From an uncultured Planctomycetales bacterium (lineage in GTDB: Bacteria > Omnitrophota > Gorgyraeia > Zapsychrales > JANLHA01), in contig CAZAXH010000007.1 of the NCBI GenBank assembly GCA_964489065.1, forward strand, positions 74,672 to 138,671: a stretch of DNA of 64,000 nucleotides. The letters run 5' to 3'. Below, piece after piece: positions 38,157 through 48,504 of the stretch. The notes under the pieces were generated by a model. The model was not told the origin of the DNA, did not search any database, and saw only the letters and a program-made list of their open reading frames with translations. Both the position numbers and the translations under genes were made by a program. Position 1 is the first letter of the stretch; each line of letters begins with the position of its first letter.

Positions 38157-39785
38157 TTAAAACCCTGGTTTAAATTCGTAAATAACCGCATTCCTCCCTT
38201 TATATCGCGGTGTCAAACGACCATAAGCGGAGAAGGATGCCGTTACAAAGGCCTCCACCTCTTTGCTATAATGAAGGAAAATCAGCCATGTCCTTTTATC
38301 GGGGTTGAGAAACAACGGACCCATAAAACGCAACAGGCTGCCGTTTTCGTCCATACGCTCAAATAAAAAGCATTCATGAGCCGCATATAAAGAAACAGGA
38401 ACATACGCCGACTCGTTGTCCCATCGCACATCCTGGCCCAACCGCCAAACAGGCGTCTGACGTAAAATACCAGGGTTATTTGTTTGCTGCCCCTCTCCGG
38501 CTCCTAAAGAGCCCACAAAATATTTCAAATAATACATGTATATCTGCAAACCATATTCGGAAAGGACAATTTGATCCCCCGGCTCATACAAAGACAGCAG
38601 GGTTCTTACCGCCCCTCGGTTGTCTTCCTTGACAGCAGGACGGTAGAAAAGGCTCAACGATTGCCATAAAGGATAAGCCACAACCAGCATCGTCAGGAGC
38701 ACGGCCGCCAGCGTTTTTCTTTTTCCGGTTTTTTCCGCCGCCGCCGCAATTCCCGCCGCCAGCATCATATACAAAGCCGGAGCGAGGAAAAGCAACGACC
38801 GCGGGAAGGACGGATACATCCGCCAACCGACAGCAGCCATAAACAACAAAAACGGCACCATCAAAAGCAACCCTTTTGATGTATGCTTTTGATAAACGGA
38901 AAGCCCTCCCCACAGAGCAAACACGGCGACCCAAGGCCCGGGCATCATCCCCAAAGTCTGCGAGAAGAAAACCTGTCCCAGGGAGCTGGCCAACCCTATC
39001 CAACCCGGGATCCCGTGAACGTGCGGGAAATGCATAATTCTATCACCCGTAAAAGACTGCGACCCCAAAGTAGGAATGACATAATATTGCACAAGCCGCA
39101 AAACACTGCCGAGCCACCAGAGGGCCATAACCCCAAAACTGAACAACCCCGCCCGGTCTTTTCTTTTAAATAACCGGCATCCGGCCAGGATAGCCGCCGG
39201 AATCCAGATAAAAAGCGCCGAATACGACAACCAGGGCGCCAGCATCCCCACCCAGCCGAACAGATAAATCGGATCTTTCCGGTAGCCGTGATCACCAAGA
39301 AAAGCAAAAACCGCATAAATCATCAAAGCGGTCAGGACATCACTGGCATACGTATTGACTTCCGCGGAAAAAAGAATTAAAAACGGAGAAAACACGAAAA
39401 AATTTAAAGCCAGAAGCGCCCCGGCCCGGTTCAAATAGCGGGAAGCGACGGCGTAAAACAGCGGAACAGAAACGCACCCCGCCGCAAGTGGCCATAAGCG
39501 CGCGCTCCATTCAGCATCCCCGAAAAAAGTCAGCGAGGCTTTAAGGACGATATTAAATAATGCCGGCTTAATAGGCACCGTCGGGTGAGCAAAACCACCG
39601 CTTAAAAAAGCACGAAACGGCACATGCAACGCCGGGAGGGTCACATTAATTTCATCAAGCCACAAGGGCGGATTCCGAAAGAAATACGCCAACCGCAGGC
39701 CGACCCCGGCCATCATTAATACCAGTGCCCCACAACGCCTTGTAATATGATTTTGGGAATCCCTCTGCAAAGGTTTAATATCCAT
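38157..39785 (-). CDS. ArnT/PMT-like (GT-C, family 39/83) integral-membrane glycosyltransferase
   Basis: 10+ TM helices; N-terminal ..RLAYFFRNPPLWLDE.. motif typical of GT39/ArnT; start 39785 uncertain (ORF extends to 39938). Confidence 0.5.
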   Translation of the reverse strand: MDIKPLQRDSQNHITRRCGALVLMMAGVGLRLAYFFRNPPLWLDEINVTLPALHVPFRAFLSGGFAHPTVPIKPALFNIVLKASLTFFGDAEWSARLWPLAAGCVSVPLFYAVASRYLNRAGALLALNFFVFSPFLILFSAEVNTYASDVLTALMIYAVFAFLGDHGYRKDPIYLFGWVGMLAPWLSYSALFIWIPAAILAGCRLFKRKDRAGLFSFGVMALWWLGSVLRLVQYYVIPTLGSQSFTGDRIMHFPHVHGIPGWIGLASSLGQVFFSQTLGMMPGPWVAVFALWGGLSVYQKHTSKGLLLMVPFLLFMAAVGWRMYPSFPRSLLFLAPALYMMLAAGIAAAAEKTGKRKTLAAVLLTMLVVAYPLWQSLSLFYRPAVKEDNRGAVRTLLSLYEPGDQIVLSEYGLQIYMYYLKYFVGSLGAGEGQQTNNPGILRQTPVWRLGQDVRWDNESAYVPVSLYAAHECFLFERMDENGSLLRFMGPLFLNPDKRTWLIFLHYSKEVEAFVTASFSAYGRLTPRYKGRNAVIYEFKPGF

Positions 39786-39906
39786 ATCCGGACCGTCAAG
39801 AGACAAAAACGGAAAACGCAGGTTCAGCGCCCTGAACTTCGGGAAGGAAAAAATTAAGAAGAAAAAAGACATCCATTTATTCCAAAATTCCAGCCGAAGA
39901 GAATCA

Positions 39907-41673
39907 TTATTTCTTAATAAGATTTTTAAGAAGCGCACAAAGTTCGTCGTATTTAAACGGTTTCACCAGAACCCCTTTAAACCCGTATTCTTGATAACGC
40001 GCCATGACCGGGTCATTCGAATAACCGCTGAAAGCCACGGCTTTAACCTGGGGATCGAGTTTCAGCAGGGTCTGCAGGGTATCTTTGCCTCCCATCCCGC
40101 CCCGGATTGTCAAATCAAGGATAACGACGTCAAAATCCGCCTTCTGACCCCTGGCCTCTTGGTATCGCCGAAGCGCCTCTTCTCCATTACAGACCAATTC
40201 AACTTCATATCCGATATTTTTAAGAATCCTCCCCAAGACCTCTCTCAAAGACTCTTCGTCATCCATGAGCAAAATTCTCCCAGAGTGCATATAGAGCGGG
40301 ACTTCCGCCGGAGATGGCTCAGGAGGAGAAAAGCCGGCCGCGGGGATATAGAGATAAAATGTCGTGCCTCTGCCGACGGCTGAATCCACGGTGATATAAC
40401 CGTCGTGACGTTCTATGATTGAAAAAACGGTAGCCAAACCCAGTCCGTTACCGGATTTCTTCGTTGTAAAATACGGATCAAAAATTTTTGGAAGAAGTTC
40501 TTCCGGTATCCCTTCTCCTGTATCCGCAAAGGAGATCCGGATATATTGTCCTTTCTCTAACGGGAGCACCCCTCTCCGGTCGATAATCAGATTCTTCGCC
40601 TCAATCGTAAGTTGGCCGCCCTGAGGCATGGCCTGCTTGGCATTGAGCACGATATTCTGGATAACCTGGTTAAATTGTCCCTTGTCAACTTCAACCGACC
40701 AAAGATCGTCAGGCAAAAGAAATGTCACAAGCACATTCGAGCCATGCAAAACAAAAGTGGCAGACTCTTTAATCAGTTCGCCGACCGATGCCAGTTTCTT
40801 AACCGGAGTCCCTCCCTTGGAAAAAGTTAAAAGCTGCTGCGTCAGGCCCTGGGCACGCAAAGCCTGGGTTTCAATTTCACCCAACAGGGTATGAGTTTCG
40901 TCCGGCGAAACCATGGACATCTTCAGGAGCGTCAAATTCCCCAAGACAGCCGTCAGGACGTTATTAAAATCATGAGCAATCCCGCCGGCTAGGGTTCCCA
41001 GAGACTCGAGTTTTCTCTTTTTAAAAATTTCGTCCTCCATTTTCCGTTTTTCGGTGATATCCCGGAACACCAAGACCGCGCCGATAATGTTACTGTCAAA
41101 ATCCCGGATCGCCGCGATACTGTCAGTAATAAAATATTCCTTCCCGTCCCGGGAGGAAAGCAATCCCAGGGAAATCTCAACCAGTCCCCCATGACTCAAG
41201 ACACTGTTCATCAAGCCTATCTTCCGCTGCTTGGTCTTGGGATCTACAAGGACAAAAATCTCATCAAATGTTTTCCCCACCGCGTCCTGCTGCGGCCAGC
41301 CGGTGAGAGTTTCCGCGACGTTGTTGATCAGGGTAACCCGCTGGTGCCGGTCGATGGTGATAACACCATCCCCGATAGAACGCAGGGTGACAGAAAGCCG
41401 TTCTTTCTCCGCCGCGATGGATTTTTCAACCCGTTTTCTTTCCTCAATTTCCGCCCGAAGACGGTTATTAATTTCCGAAATCTCCTGCGAGCTGAGTTCA
41501 AAAGCCCTTTCCGTCAATTTACGGTCCGCCTCGAACCCTTCATAAGCGTCATCCACGGCCCTTAAGAAACCTGCCCATTCCGACGGGATAGTGTAGTCGT
41601 GGCCCATGTATTTTTTAAGCTGTCGTGCAAGCAGTTTGTTCATTCTTTCCCTCTCATGGACGGACATCCTCAT
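39907..41673 (-). CDS. hybrid sensor histidine kinase (PAS-PAS-HisKA-HATPase-REC)
   Basis: ..HDFNNVLTAVLGN.. H-box, ..DTGEGI..GNGLGLA.. G-boxes, C-terminal receiver (..VVILDLTIRGGMGG..VLVKPF). Confidence 0.85.
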   Translation of the reverse strand: MRMSVHERERMNKLLARQLKKYMGHDYTIPSEWAGFLRAVDDAYEGFEADRKLTERAFELSSQEISEINNRLRAEIEERKRVEKSIAAEKERLSVTLRSIGDGVITIDRHQRVTLINNVAETLTGWPQQDAVGKTFDEIFVLVDPKTKQRKIGLMNSVLSHGGLVEISLGLLSSRDGKEYFITDSIAAIRDFDSNIIGAVLVFRDITEKRKMEDEIFKKRKLESLGTLAGGIAHDFNNVLTAVLGNLTLLKMSMVSPDETHTLLGEIETQALRAQGLTQQLLTFSKGGTPVKKLASVGELIKESATFVLHGSNVLVTFLLPDDLWSVEVDKGQFNQVIQNIVLNAKQAMPQGGQLTIEAKNLIIDRRGVLPLEKGQYIRISFADTGEGIPEELLPKIFDPYFTTKKSGNGLGLATVFSIIERHDGYITVDSAVGRGTTFYLYIPAAGFSPPEPSPAEVPLYMHSGRILLMDDEESLREVLGRILKNIGYEVELVCNGEEALRRYQEARGQKADFDVVILDLTIRGGMGGKDTLQTLLKLDPQVKAVAFSGYSNDPVMARYQEYGFKGVLVKPFKYDELCALLKNLIKK

Positions 41674-42817
41674 AAAACGTTGTGATCGTCATCGTTTGAT
41701 TGTGCAATTCGCAACACTTTTCAGTTGAAATCCCGGGACAAATCTCGCCGTAAGAATAAAAACCGGTTAAAAACGCCTGGGAGCCAAGTTTCTCCTGGAC
41801 CGCTTCTATTTCTTCCTCAACCCGTTGTTTCAAAACGAGTTTCCGGCCTACACAGCTGATCAAAACGGCCAGTTCTGCGGGGGCCAAAGAAGACGTTTCC
41901 GTGCACATTTCCGCCGCCCCGGATGCACCATCAACCAACCTTTCCAGATTCGCTTTCATAAGCTGGGCGTAACTCCCCTGTGGGATGTCTCCGGCAAAGG
42001 TCATACTGCCGATGGTTTCATCTACAGATAAAATCGTGCGGACCAGGCGCTGGTCATTGTTTTCGATCCTGACGCTTAAAGGGAATAACAAACCCGTGGC
42101 CGGAAGGCCCTGCGCATGCGGTCCCAAATATTTCTTATATAACTCCAGGGCAGAACACCCATCTAATTCGTAAAGGACATTACCCTTGGAATTCGTGACA
42201 AGCCGTTCCGGGCCAAAACTGTCCCACCCCCCCATAGACCCGTATCCAATCTTTATGGCCTCCCCATAAAAACCTACGGCCGCAACCAGGTCTTTCTCGG
42301 CATATCCATCAAACAAAATAAGCGTTTCTTCAAACAAATCCTGGTCTCCGGCCAGGCCTCCGGTCACCACAACTGGCGCCGGGAGGACATTGGAGAAAGC
42401 CTTTGCCAGTTCCGTCCCATTAACATTGAGCCCTTCAGACAAAAGAAAAACGTGTTTTAAACGGTCTTTTTTAAATCTACCAGCCAGCTGTTCTCCAACC
42501 GTACGGCTCCCTTCGGGGGTCATTTTGATCTTTTCGACCTGCAAAACCGTTTTTTCAAAAAAAACAGCAGTCAAAATAAGCGCGTCGTCATAAACCTGGG
42601 TTCCCATGATTTGTCCGGCCGTTGAACACCCCAAAAGATGGGCGTGGGGATACAATTTCCGGACATTCTGAATCACCTTCGGATCTTTCAGAAACGGCCG
42701 TTCCCCGAACAACAAAACCAACTGGGCTTTATCCGACAATTCTTTATCAGATCGGGACTGCCATCCTGAGGCTGGTCTCCAACAATCCTGTTCAATCTTC
42801 ACCACACCCTCCTTCAT
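41654..42817 (-). CDS. FIST-domain sensor protein
   Basis: FIST_N/FIST_C architecture; overlaps HK gene by 20 nt; alternative GTG start at 42802 has AAGGAGG RBS. Confidence 0.65.
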   Translation of the reverse strand: MKEGVVKIEQDCWRPASGWQSRSDKELSDKAQLVLLFGERPFLKDPKVIQNVRKLYPHAHLLGCSTAGQIMGTQVYDDALILTAVFFEKTVLQVEKIKMTPEGSRTVGEQLAGRFKKDRLKHVFLLSEGLNVNGTELAKAFSNVLPAPVVVTGGLAGDQDLFEETLILFDGYAEKDLVAAVGFYGEAIKIGYGSMGGWDSFGPERLVTNSKGNVLYELDGCSALELYKKYLGPHAQGLPATGLLFPLSVRIENNDQRLVRTILSVDETIGSMTFAGDIPQGSYAQLMKANLERLVDGASGAAEMCTETSSLAPAELAVLISCVGRKLVLKQRVEEEIEAVQEKLGSQAFLTGFYSYGEICPGISTEKCCELHNQTMTITTFYEDVRP

Positions 42818-43085
42818 TAAGTTTATGACAGTTTGAAATATTCTAACACAGCAAGAAACTTTTTGCACCAGAAGGTCTTTAAAATACCGGGATCTTTTTT
42901 ATCCTATGCGTCTCCCGGATTTTAACAGAAACCACTCTCTCTCCCTCGCCAAATCAGGCCCAAAATCTTCGCCGGTATTCCGTTGCTTCCCTCTTCAAAA
43001 AATAATATAATGTTTTGCATGATTTTTCCCCCCTTCTTTGTATAAACCAGGGCCGGGGATCCGGTCCAAAGCCAGGAGTTTTATT

Positions 43086-44720
43086 ATGCGCGTCATGTTC
43101 GTCGCGATCGCTTACGAACAACTCGGCATCAGCATGCTTTCTGCCCTAGCAAAACAACGCGGCCATGACGTGCAGCTTGCCTTCAGCGTGGCGCTCTTTA
43201 ATGACCGGCTGCATACCTCCTGGCACCCAATCCCCCGTTTTTTTGACGATACCCGCGATGTCCTAAAGGATGTCGAACGTTTTAAACCTGATGTCCTGGC
43301 CTTTTCCCCGCTATCCGGGTCCTACCGCTGGTGTCTTCAGGTCGCCCAGAACGCAAAAATTTTATTCCCGGGGATGAAAACGTTATTTGGGGGCGTCCAC
43401 GCGTCGGCCGTGCCGGACCGCGTCATCACCCGCCCGGAGGTGGATTATATCTGCGTGGGGGAAGGGGATGTGGCCTTTCTGAAAACCCTTTCAGCTATTA
43501 AAAAAAACGACACAGCCTCTCCTCTGCCCAACACCCGCTACAAAACACCCGATGGACGCATCATTCAGGGCCCTCAAATTGGATTTATACCCAATCTCGA
43601 CAGCCTCCCTTTCTTCGACAAATCGTTGTGGGAAGATTATTTCAATATGTCTGATTATTACATCACCATGGCGTCCCGAGGGTGTCCGCTACGGTGCACG
43701 TTCTGCTTTAACAGCTTTTTCGCCAACCTCCCTAAACAAAATAGTGGGAAATACGTTCGATACCGCTCCCCGGCCCATATGCTGGCCGAACTGCGTTGGG
43801 CCAAGAAACGGTATCGAACTAGAATGATCGGATTTTTCGATGATGTCTTCACGTTGGACAAAAAGTGGCTCAAGGTATTTCTCGACGGGTATAAAAAGGA
43901 CATTCACACGCCGTTTCAAATTTTCACCCACGTGAACCATATGGACGCAGAAACAGTACAGTGGCTGGCCGAAGCGGGCTGTGACGCCGCGGAAATCGGG
44001 ATGGAAACATTAGATGAAGAATACAAAAGCAAGTACCTGAACCGGCATGAATCCAAGGAAACGACTGCGGACGTGATCCGCTTAACCCGCAAACATCATA
44101 TCCGTTCCAGGATGGATCATATGCTGGGCCTCCCCGGAGAGCCGCCGGAGGCCCAGGAAACAGCCCGTCAGTTTTATATTGAAAATCCTCCTTCGAGGAT
44201 CAACTCCTACTGGGTTAATTATTTCCCCGGTACGGAACTGCAAAAAACCGCGATCCAATTCGGAATCATCACGGAAGCCGATGCCGAAGCTATCAACGAA
44301 GGATTTTCCCTGGACCTTGACTCCTATAACCGAAGCCACAAACTTTTTACCCAGGAACAACTGCGACACTGCCGGACATATCAGATCATTTTCAAACTTA
44401 TCCCTTTCTTACCCGAAGGGCTTCTCCGTCGGCTCAAACCGAGGATATTCAAGGCCCTGCCGGCATTTATCAGTGAAGGGCTGGCATTCATGACCGACCT
44501 AATCGGCGGGATTGCCACCGGCGAGGCGGAATTCCTGATTTACACAAAATATGTCCTCTTTCATATATACCGCACGCTTTGGGGAAAACTGGGACTTCGC
44601 AAACCCCGCAGGATGCGATGGCTCACCCCAGACCCGAGAGTGGTGTGCGTCCACACGGCAGAGGAGGGTGGGCAAGAAGGCAGTTGTGATTGCCAACGGG
44701 ATTTTCCGGGAACATCATGA
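43086..44720 (+). CDS. B12-binding (class B) radical SAM enzyme, soluble
   Basis: Trimmed to ATG 43086 (AGGAG RBS); B12-binding N-domain; CPLRCTFC = CxxxCxxC. Confidence 0.8.
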   Translation: MRVMFVAIAYEQLGISMLSALAKQRGHDVQLAFSVALFNDRLHTSWHPIPRFFDDTRDVLKDVERFKPDVLAFSPLSGSYRWCLQVAQNAKILFPGMKTLFGGVHASAVPDRVITRPEVDYICVGEGDVAFLKTLSAIKKNDTASPLPNTRYKTPDGRIIQGPQIGFIPNLDSLPFFDKSLWEDYFNMSDYYITMASRGCPLRCTFCFNSFFANLPKQNSGKYVRYRSPAHMLAELRWAKKRYRTRMIGFFDDVFTLDKKWLKVFLDGYKKDIHTPFQIFTHVNHMDAETVQWLAEAGCDAAEIGMETLDEEYKSKYLNRHESKETTADVIRLTRKHHIRSRMDHMLGLPGEPPEAQETARQFYIENPPSRINSYWVNYFPGTELQKTAIQFGIITEADAEAINEGFSLDLDSYNRSHKLFTQEQLRHCRTYQIIFKLIPFLPEGLLRRLKPRIFKALPAFISEGLAFMTDLIGGIATGEAEFLIYTKYVLFHIYRTLWGKLGLRKPRRMRWLTPDPRVVCVHTAEEGGQEGSCDCQRDFPGTS

Positions 44721-44826
44721 TGGATAGATGAGGCCATTAAAAATGTGCCCTGCCCATAGAATGAAAAGCGGGACGCAGCAACCCGTTCCCTCCTCGCCGT
44801 TAGAGAAGCCGGGCACACGAAGAAAA

Positions 44827-45633
44827 TCAGCCGCCATATTCAGAAATCGCGGAAAACAGGGCATCATACGTAAGCGACCCGATAAAAGAGGTGGCTCCCG
44901 CCGCCAAGCATTGAGTCCGGATTTTCTCCATCTGCGACTCTTTAATTTTCTGTTTTTGGGGGTCTTCCGGCTGATTCGCGTAGACTAATATCGTCAAATT
45001 CTTCAAAAGCGGGTAACTGCGCAATGTCTGAACAGTCTTATGCGCGGGGATATCCGGACGCAGGGCATCAACAAAAAGAATGTCCGGTGGCGCTTTTAAC
45101 ACTTCATTGAGCAACTCTTCTTGTTGCCCCACTGTTTTAATCTCAATTTGGGAGTCCGGAGCCTGAATCAATTTAAGCAAATCCTGAATGAACTGGCTCT
45201 GCTCGACCTGAATCATAATCCGGCGGCTGATTCCCTGCGCCTTAACCGCTTCAATTGTTTTTTGGAGGCTAGTGCGCTTCAATATCCGCTCGACCGTATC
45301 CAGCAAAGTCTGTCCATCGAACGGTTTGGCCAAAAAATCAGATGCCCCCAGTTCTCTAAAAGTCTGCTCGTGATTTGCGTAAGCGCTAAACACCACGATA
45401 GGCGTATTGGCATTTTTTTTCGAGTCCCTCAATTTCTTAAAAAAATTGTAGCCGTCCAGACCGGGCATGACAATGTCTGTAAAAATAATATCGATATCCT
45501 GCACTAGGGCAATATCAAACCCGTCCTGGCCGTCAAAAGCAATGAAGGGCATATAATCCGCCCGTTCCAGCTTCCGGCTCATAAACTGCACCACATCCCT
45601 CTCATCATCCACCACCAAAATCTTTTTTTTCAT
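44827..45633 (-). CDS. response regulator with receiver plus degenerate second domain
   Basis: ILVVDDE..DIIFTDIVMPGLDG..LAKPF; GGAGGGAGG RBS. Confidence 0.8.
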   Translation of the reverse strand: MKKKILVVDDERDVVQFMSRKLERADYMPFIAFDGQDGFDIALVQDIDIIFTDIVMPGLDGYNFFKKLRDSKKNANTPIVVFSAYANHEQTFRELGASDFLAKPFDGQTLLDTVERILKRTSLQKTIEAVKAQGISRRIMIQVEQSQFIQDLLKLIQAPDSQIEIKTVGQQEELLNEVLKAPPDILFVDALRPDIPAHKTVQTLRSYPLLKNLTILVYANQPEDPQKQKIKESQMEKIRTQCLAAGATSFIGSLTYDALFSAISEYGG

Positions 45634-45852
45634 ACTCCCGCCCTCCCTCCAAATATAAACGCCTAATCCCTTAAATAGCAGGATTAGGCGTCAGTTTCCG
45701 CGCGATGTTGTGATTCGGTAGCCAGGCTATCCTAACTATTATAGGATCCTTCAGCTTTGCGTCCCCATCTTACGATGGGTTTGCCTTTTCGTCATTTTAT
45801 CTTAAAAAACCATTATAATTCATTTAAAATATAAAATAATTTTCTCCAAAAA

Positions 45853-45890
45853 ACAAGGGCCGATCCCAAACCCGAAACGGCCCTTGCTCC
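45853..45890 (-). terminator. intrinsic terminator after lipoprotein gene
   Basis: CAAGGGCCG-15 nt loop-CGGCCCTTG followed by TTTTTTGG on minus strand. Confidence 0.45.
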
Positions 45891-45906
45891 AACTTTCAAA
45901 TCTCAA

Positions 45907-46353
45907 TTACCGTCTCACGCGGCCGAGTTTCCCCTGAATGTCTCCGTAAATGTCTTCCAAAAGGCGGGTGTCATACCCCAAAATCCAACCCCTATCATCC
46001 AGCCAGTTCGACTCGCATTTGACCTGAACAGTATCCCAGTCCGGAGTCCCTTTGACCTTAACGACGACCCGGGAACGGTAACGGTCAACAACCTGCTGCC
46101 CGGAAAAATAGGAATATTTCCAGGAAGAACGGATATAGCCCGCATCCCGTTCCAGGACTTCCAAATCATATTTCTGGCTCAACGTATCAACCAAGACTTC
46201 CCATATTTTATCGTTTCCCAACCCTTCTCTGATTTCAACCGTCTTCCATATCCCGGGTTCATCCTGCGTCCGCATAAACGTCTTCGGCGCTGTCGTACAT
46301 CCAACTAAAAGCAGGGCGAAGACTAATCCCACACCGATGTGCCATTTTTTCAT
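45907..46353 (-). CDS. hypothetical lipoprotein
   Basis: MKKWHIGVGLVFALLLVGC lipobox signal. Confidence 0.5.
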   Translation of the reverse strand: MKKWHIGVGLVFALLLVGCTTAPKTFMRTQDEPGIWKTVEIREGLGNDKIWEVLVDTLSQKYDLEVLERDAGYIRSSWKYSYFSGQQVVDRYRSRVVVKVKGTPDWDTVQVKCESNWLDDRGWILGYDTRLLEDIYGDIQGKLGRVRR

Positions 46354-46525
46354 GCTCTTCTCCTTTGTTTTTCGACTCTGATTTTACCGGGACAGTGAAC
46401 TTCCCCACAATTTTTTATTAACTATAAATGTTTACTATAAATGACATTACCAAATTTGTCAATATACCCGCCCGTAACCCCACCGTCAAAACTTTGCCAA
46501 TTCTCCAATTGCCTCCACGAATTTA

Positions 46526-48478
46526 ATGAAGTATAGTATCCCTATGGAAAAACACCAGCCGGTTATTTTATCAAAAACCTTCGACATCCTTCATTCCGCC
46601 CTTCTTTGCATTGTGCTGGCGTGCGTACTCAACTCTCTTTACGTGGACCCCCCTGGTTTTATCCGGGCGGTGCCTTTTTTACAGATCTTTTATGTCTTAG
46701 GATTAATCAGTCTTAAAATATATTTATTAAGCGGGATTTACGGAAACCTGGTTGCCTTGGCTTCCCAGGAAGAACCGGCTATTGACAGGAAATCCTTTTT
46801 CGGAGACTCCCGGAAATACTGGAAGCTTTATTTAACATGTGTGGGCCTGCATTTTATGGCCAATATCCTTTTGGCTGTCACGTTCGACCATTTTAACGTG
46901 AGCCGGAAATTCGAAAATTTTTTCTTTGATTTCCCGTTGCTTTACTTTTTGGGGTTTTTTATCATACAGGATAAATATTCAAAAATCACCCGATTGCGGC
47001 ATTCAAAAATTAAAATCGGACCCCTGCAAGCTTGCGGCGTGGTCCTCTTGTTCATCCTCAACGCCGTCATCATCAATTTAAACCATATCCTGCCCCTGAA
47101 AAACAGTTGGCTATCTAATGAGCTGATATTTCTTTATACCTATATTCTTTTTTTTACATTTGTTTATTTTACCACCCTTATCTTAAGCGCTTATCCGGAA
47201 ATCGAGCAGTTCTACGATAAGCCCCGTGAAATATATCTTGTAAACCCGGTATCCGGAGGCATTATTCTCGGTTCCTTCTTTTTCCGGTTTTATCCGCCGG
47301 TATTCGTGACTTTAAAGGCCCTGACCCCTCCGGGTTATTGTTTTCGGGAGTTCAATAAAGTCACCTGGAAAAAAAGGTTTTTTAAAAGCGGGAAACTCGT
47401 TGCGATCACGTGCTTCACGTCCAACAGTTATGAGGCCTACAAAATCGCCAAAGAATTCCGGAGGTGCGGCTCAACAGTTGTTATGGGAGGCCCCCATGTC
47501 ACTCACCTTCCGGATGAAGCCCTGCAATTCTGCGACGCGGTGGTGATCGGGGAGGCAGAAAACGCCTGGGGGGATATCGTCCGTGACTATGAACAAGGCG
47601 CGTTAAAACGCGTTTACGAGGAAGCCCCGTCCGATGATTACTATCAAGAAGTCCACACCGCGCTCCTGAACTCTCCCCCCGATATCATCGAAAACTTTCT
47701 TGAAACAACACGGGGATGCAAATATCACTGCCATTTCTGTTCTATCCCTCGCCTCGCCAAAGGGCATCTCCGCAACAAGCCTATGGAGCAGATCGTAGAG
47801 TTGATAAAAAAAATCAACCCGCCCAAAGGGCACTTCCTGCTCTTTATCGATAACAACATTATTTCCGACCGCGAATATGCTAAAAAACTTTTTGAAGCCA
47901 TAATCCCGTTGAAAATAACCTGGTGCAGTCAGTGCTCCATTGATATTGCTAAAGATGACGAGTTGCTGGCCTTGGCCCGGGAAAGCGGCTGTGCCCAGTT
48001 ATTGGTCGGCTATGAAATCACCGGTTATGCCGATGATAAAAGCAAAAAGGGCAAGATGGCTTTGGCGGATCAATACATCGCACTCACCCGAAAGGTGAAA
48101 CGGTTGGGGATATCCGTTAAAGCCCATTTCATTATAGGCTTTGATTCAGACACCTACACGACCTTATGGGATTTGTGGCGTTTCTGTTTTCAGCTTATGC
48201 CCTATGTCACGGTCGTTTCCGTGTTAACGCCTTTACCGGGGTCACAGTTGTTTCACAGCATGCTGAAAGAAAACCGGATCGCGAATTATAACTGGCGTTA
48301 TTACGGCCTGAACAATCTTGTTTTCAAGCATCCCAAATTCCAGCACACCCCGTTTCAGCTCATGTTCCCGGTGCTGTTTACCCTCTACCTCGCGACCACA
48401 TGCTCTTTCGGACTGTTCGTCACAGCCATCATCCTTCTGGATGCTTACTTTTTCGATCTCCGGCATTTTCTCTTCTAG
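46526..48478 (+). CDS. membrane-anchored B12-binding (class B) radical SAM enzyme, paralog 2
   Basis: Collinear homology with 28331..30253 (..LSGIYGNLVALASQEE.., ..VAITCFTSNSYEAYKIAKEFRR.., CKYHCHFC). Confidence 0.8.
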   Translation: MKYSIPMEKHQPVILSKTFDILHSALLCIVLACVLNSLYVDPPGFIRAVPFLQIFYVLGLISLKIYLLSGIYGNLVALASQEEPAIDRKSFFGDSRKYWKLYLTCVGLHFMANILLAVTFDHFNVSRKFENFFFDFPLLYFLGFFIIQDKYSKITRLRHSKIKIGPLQACGVVLLFILNAVIINLNHILPLKNSWLSNELIFLYTYILFFTFVYFTTLILSAYPEIEQFYDKPREIYLVNPVSGGIILGSFFFRFYPPVFVTLKALTPPGYCFREFNKVTWKKRFFKSGKLVAITCFTSNSYEAYKIAKEFRRCGSTVVMGGPHVTHLPDEALQFCDAVVIGEAENAWGDIVRDYEQGALKRVYEEAPSDDYYQEVHTALLNSPPDIIENFLETTRGCKYHCHFCSIPRLAKGHLRNKPMEQIVELIKKINPPKGHFLLFIDNNIISDREYAKKLFEAIIPLKITWCSQCSIDIAKDDELLALARESGCAQLLVGYEITGYADDKSKKGKMALADQYIALTRKVKRLGISVKAHFIIGFDSDTYTTLWDLWRFCFQLMPYVTVVSVLTPLPGSQLFHSMLKENRIANYNWRYYGLNNLVFKHPKFQHTPFQLMFPVLFTLYLATTCSFGLFVTAIILLDAYFFDLRHFLF

Positions 48479-48504
48479 GCATCCCGGCGCGGTTATACGG
48501 TTCC

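Noticed and set aside
42802-42868. N-terminal extension of the FIST ORF starting at GTG 42868
   Set aside because: There is no RBS for the GTG at 42868. An internal ATG (42817) or GTG (42802) with an AAGGAGG RBS is more plausible, so the extension was treated as non-coding leader.
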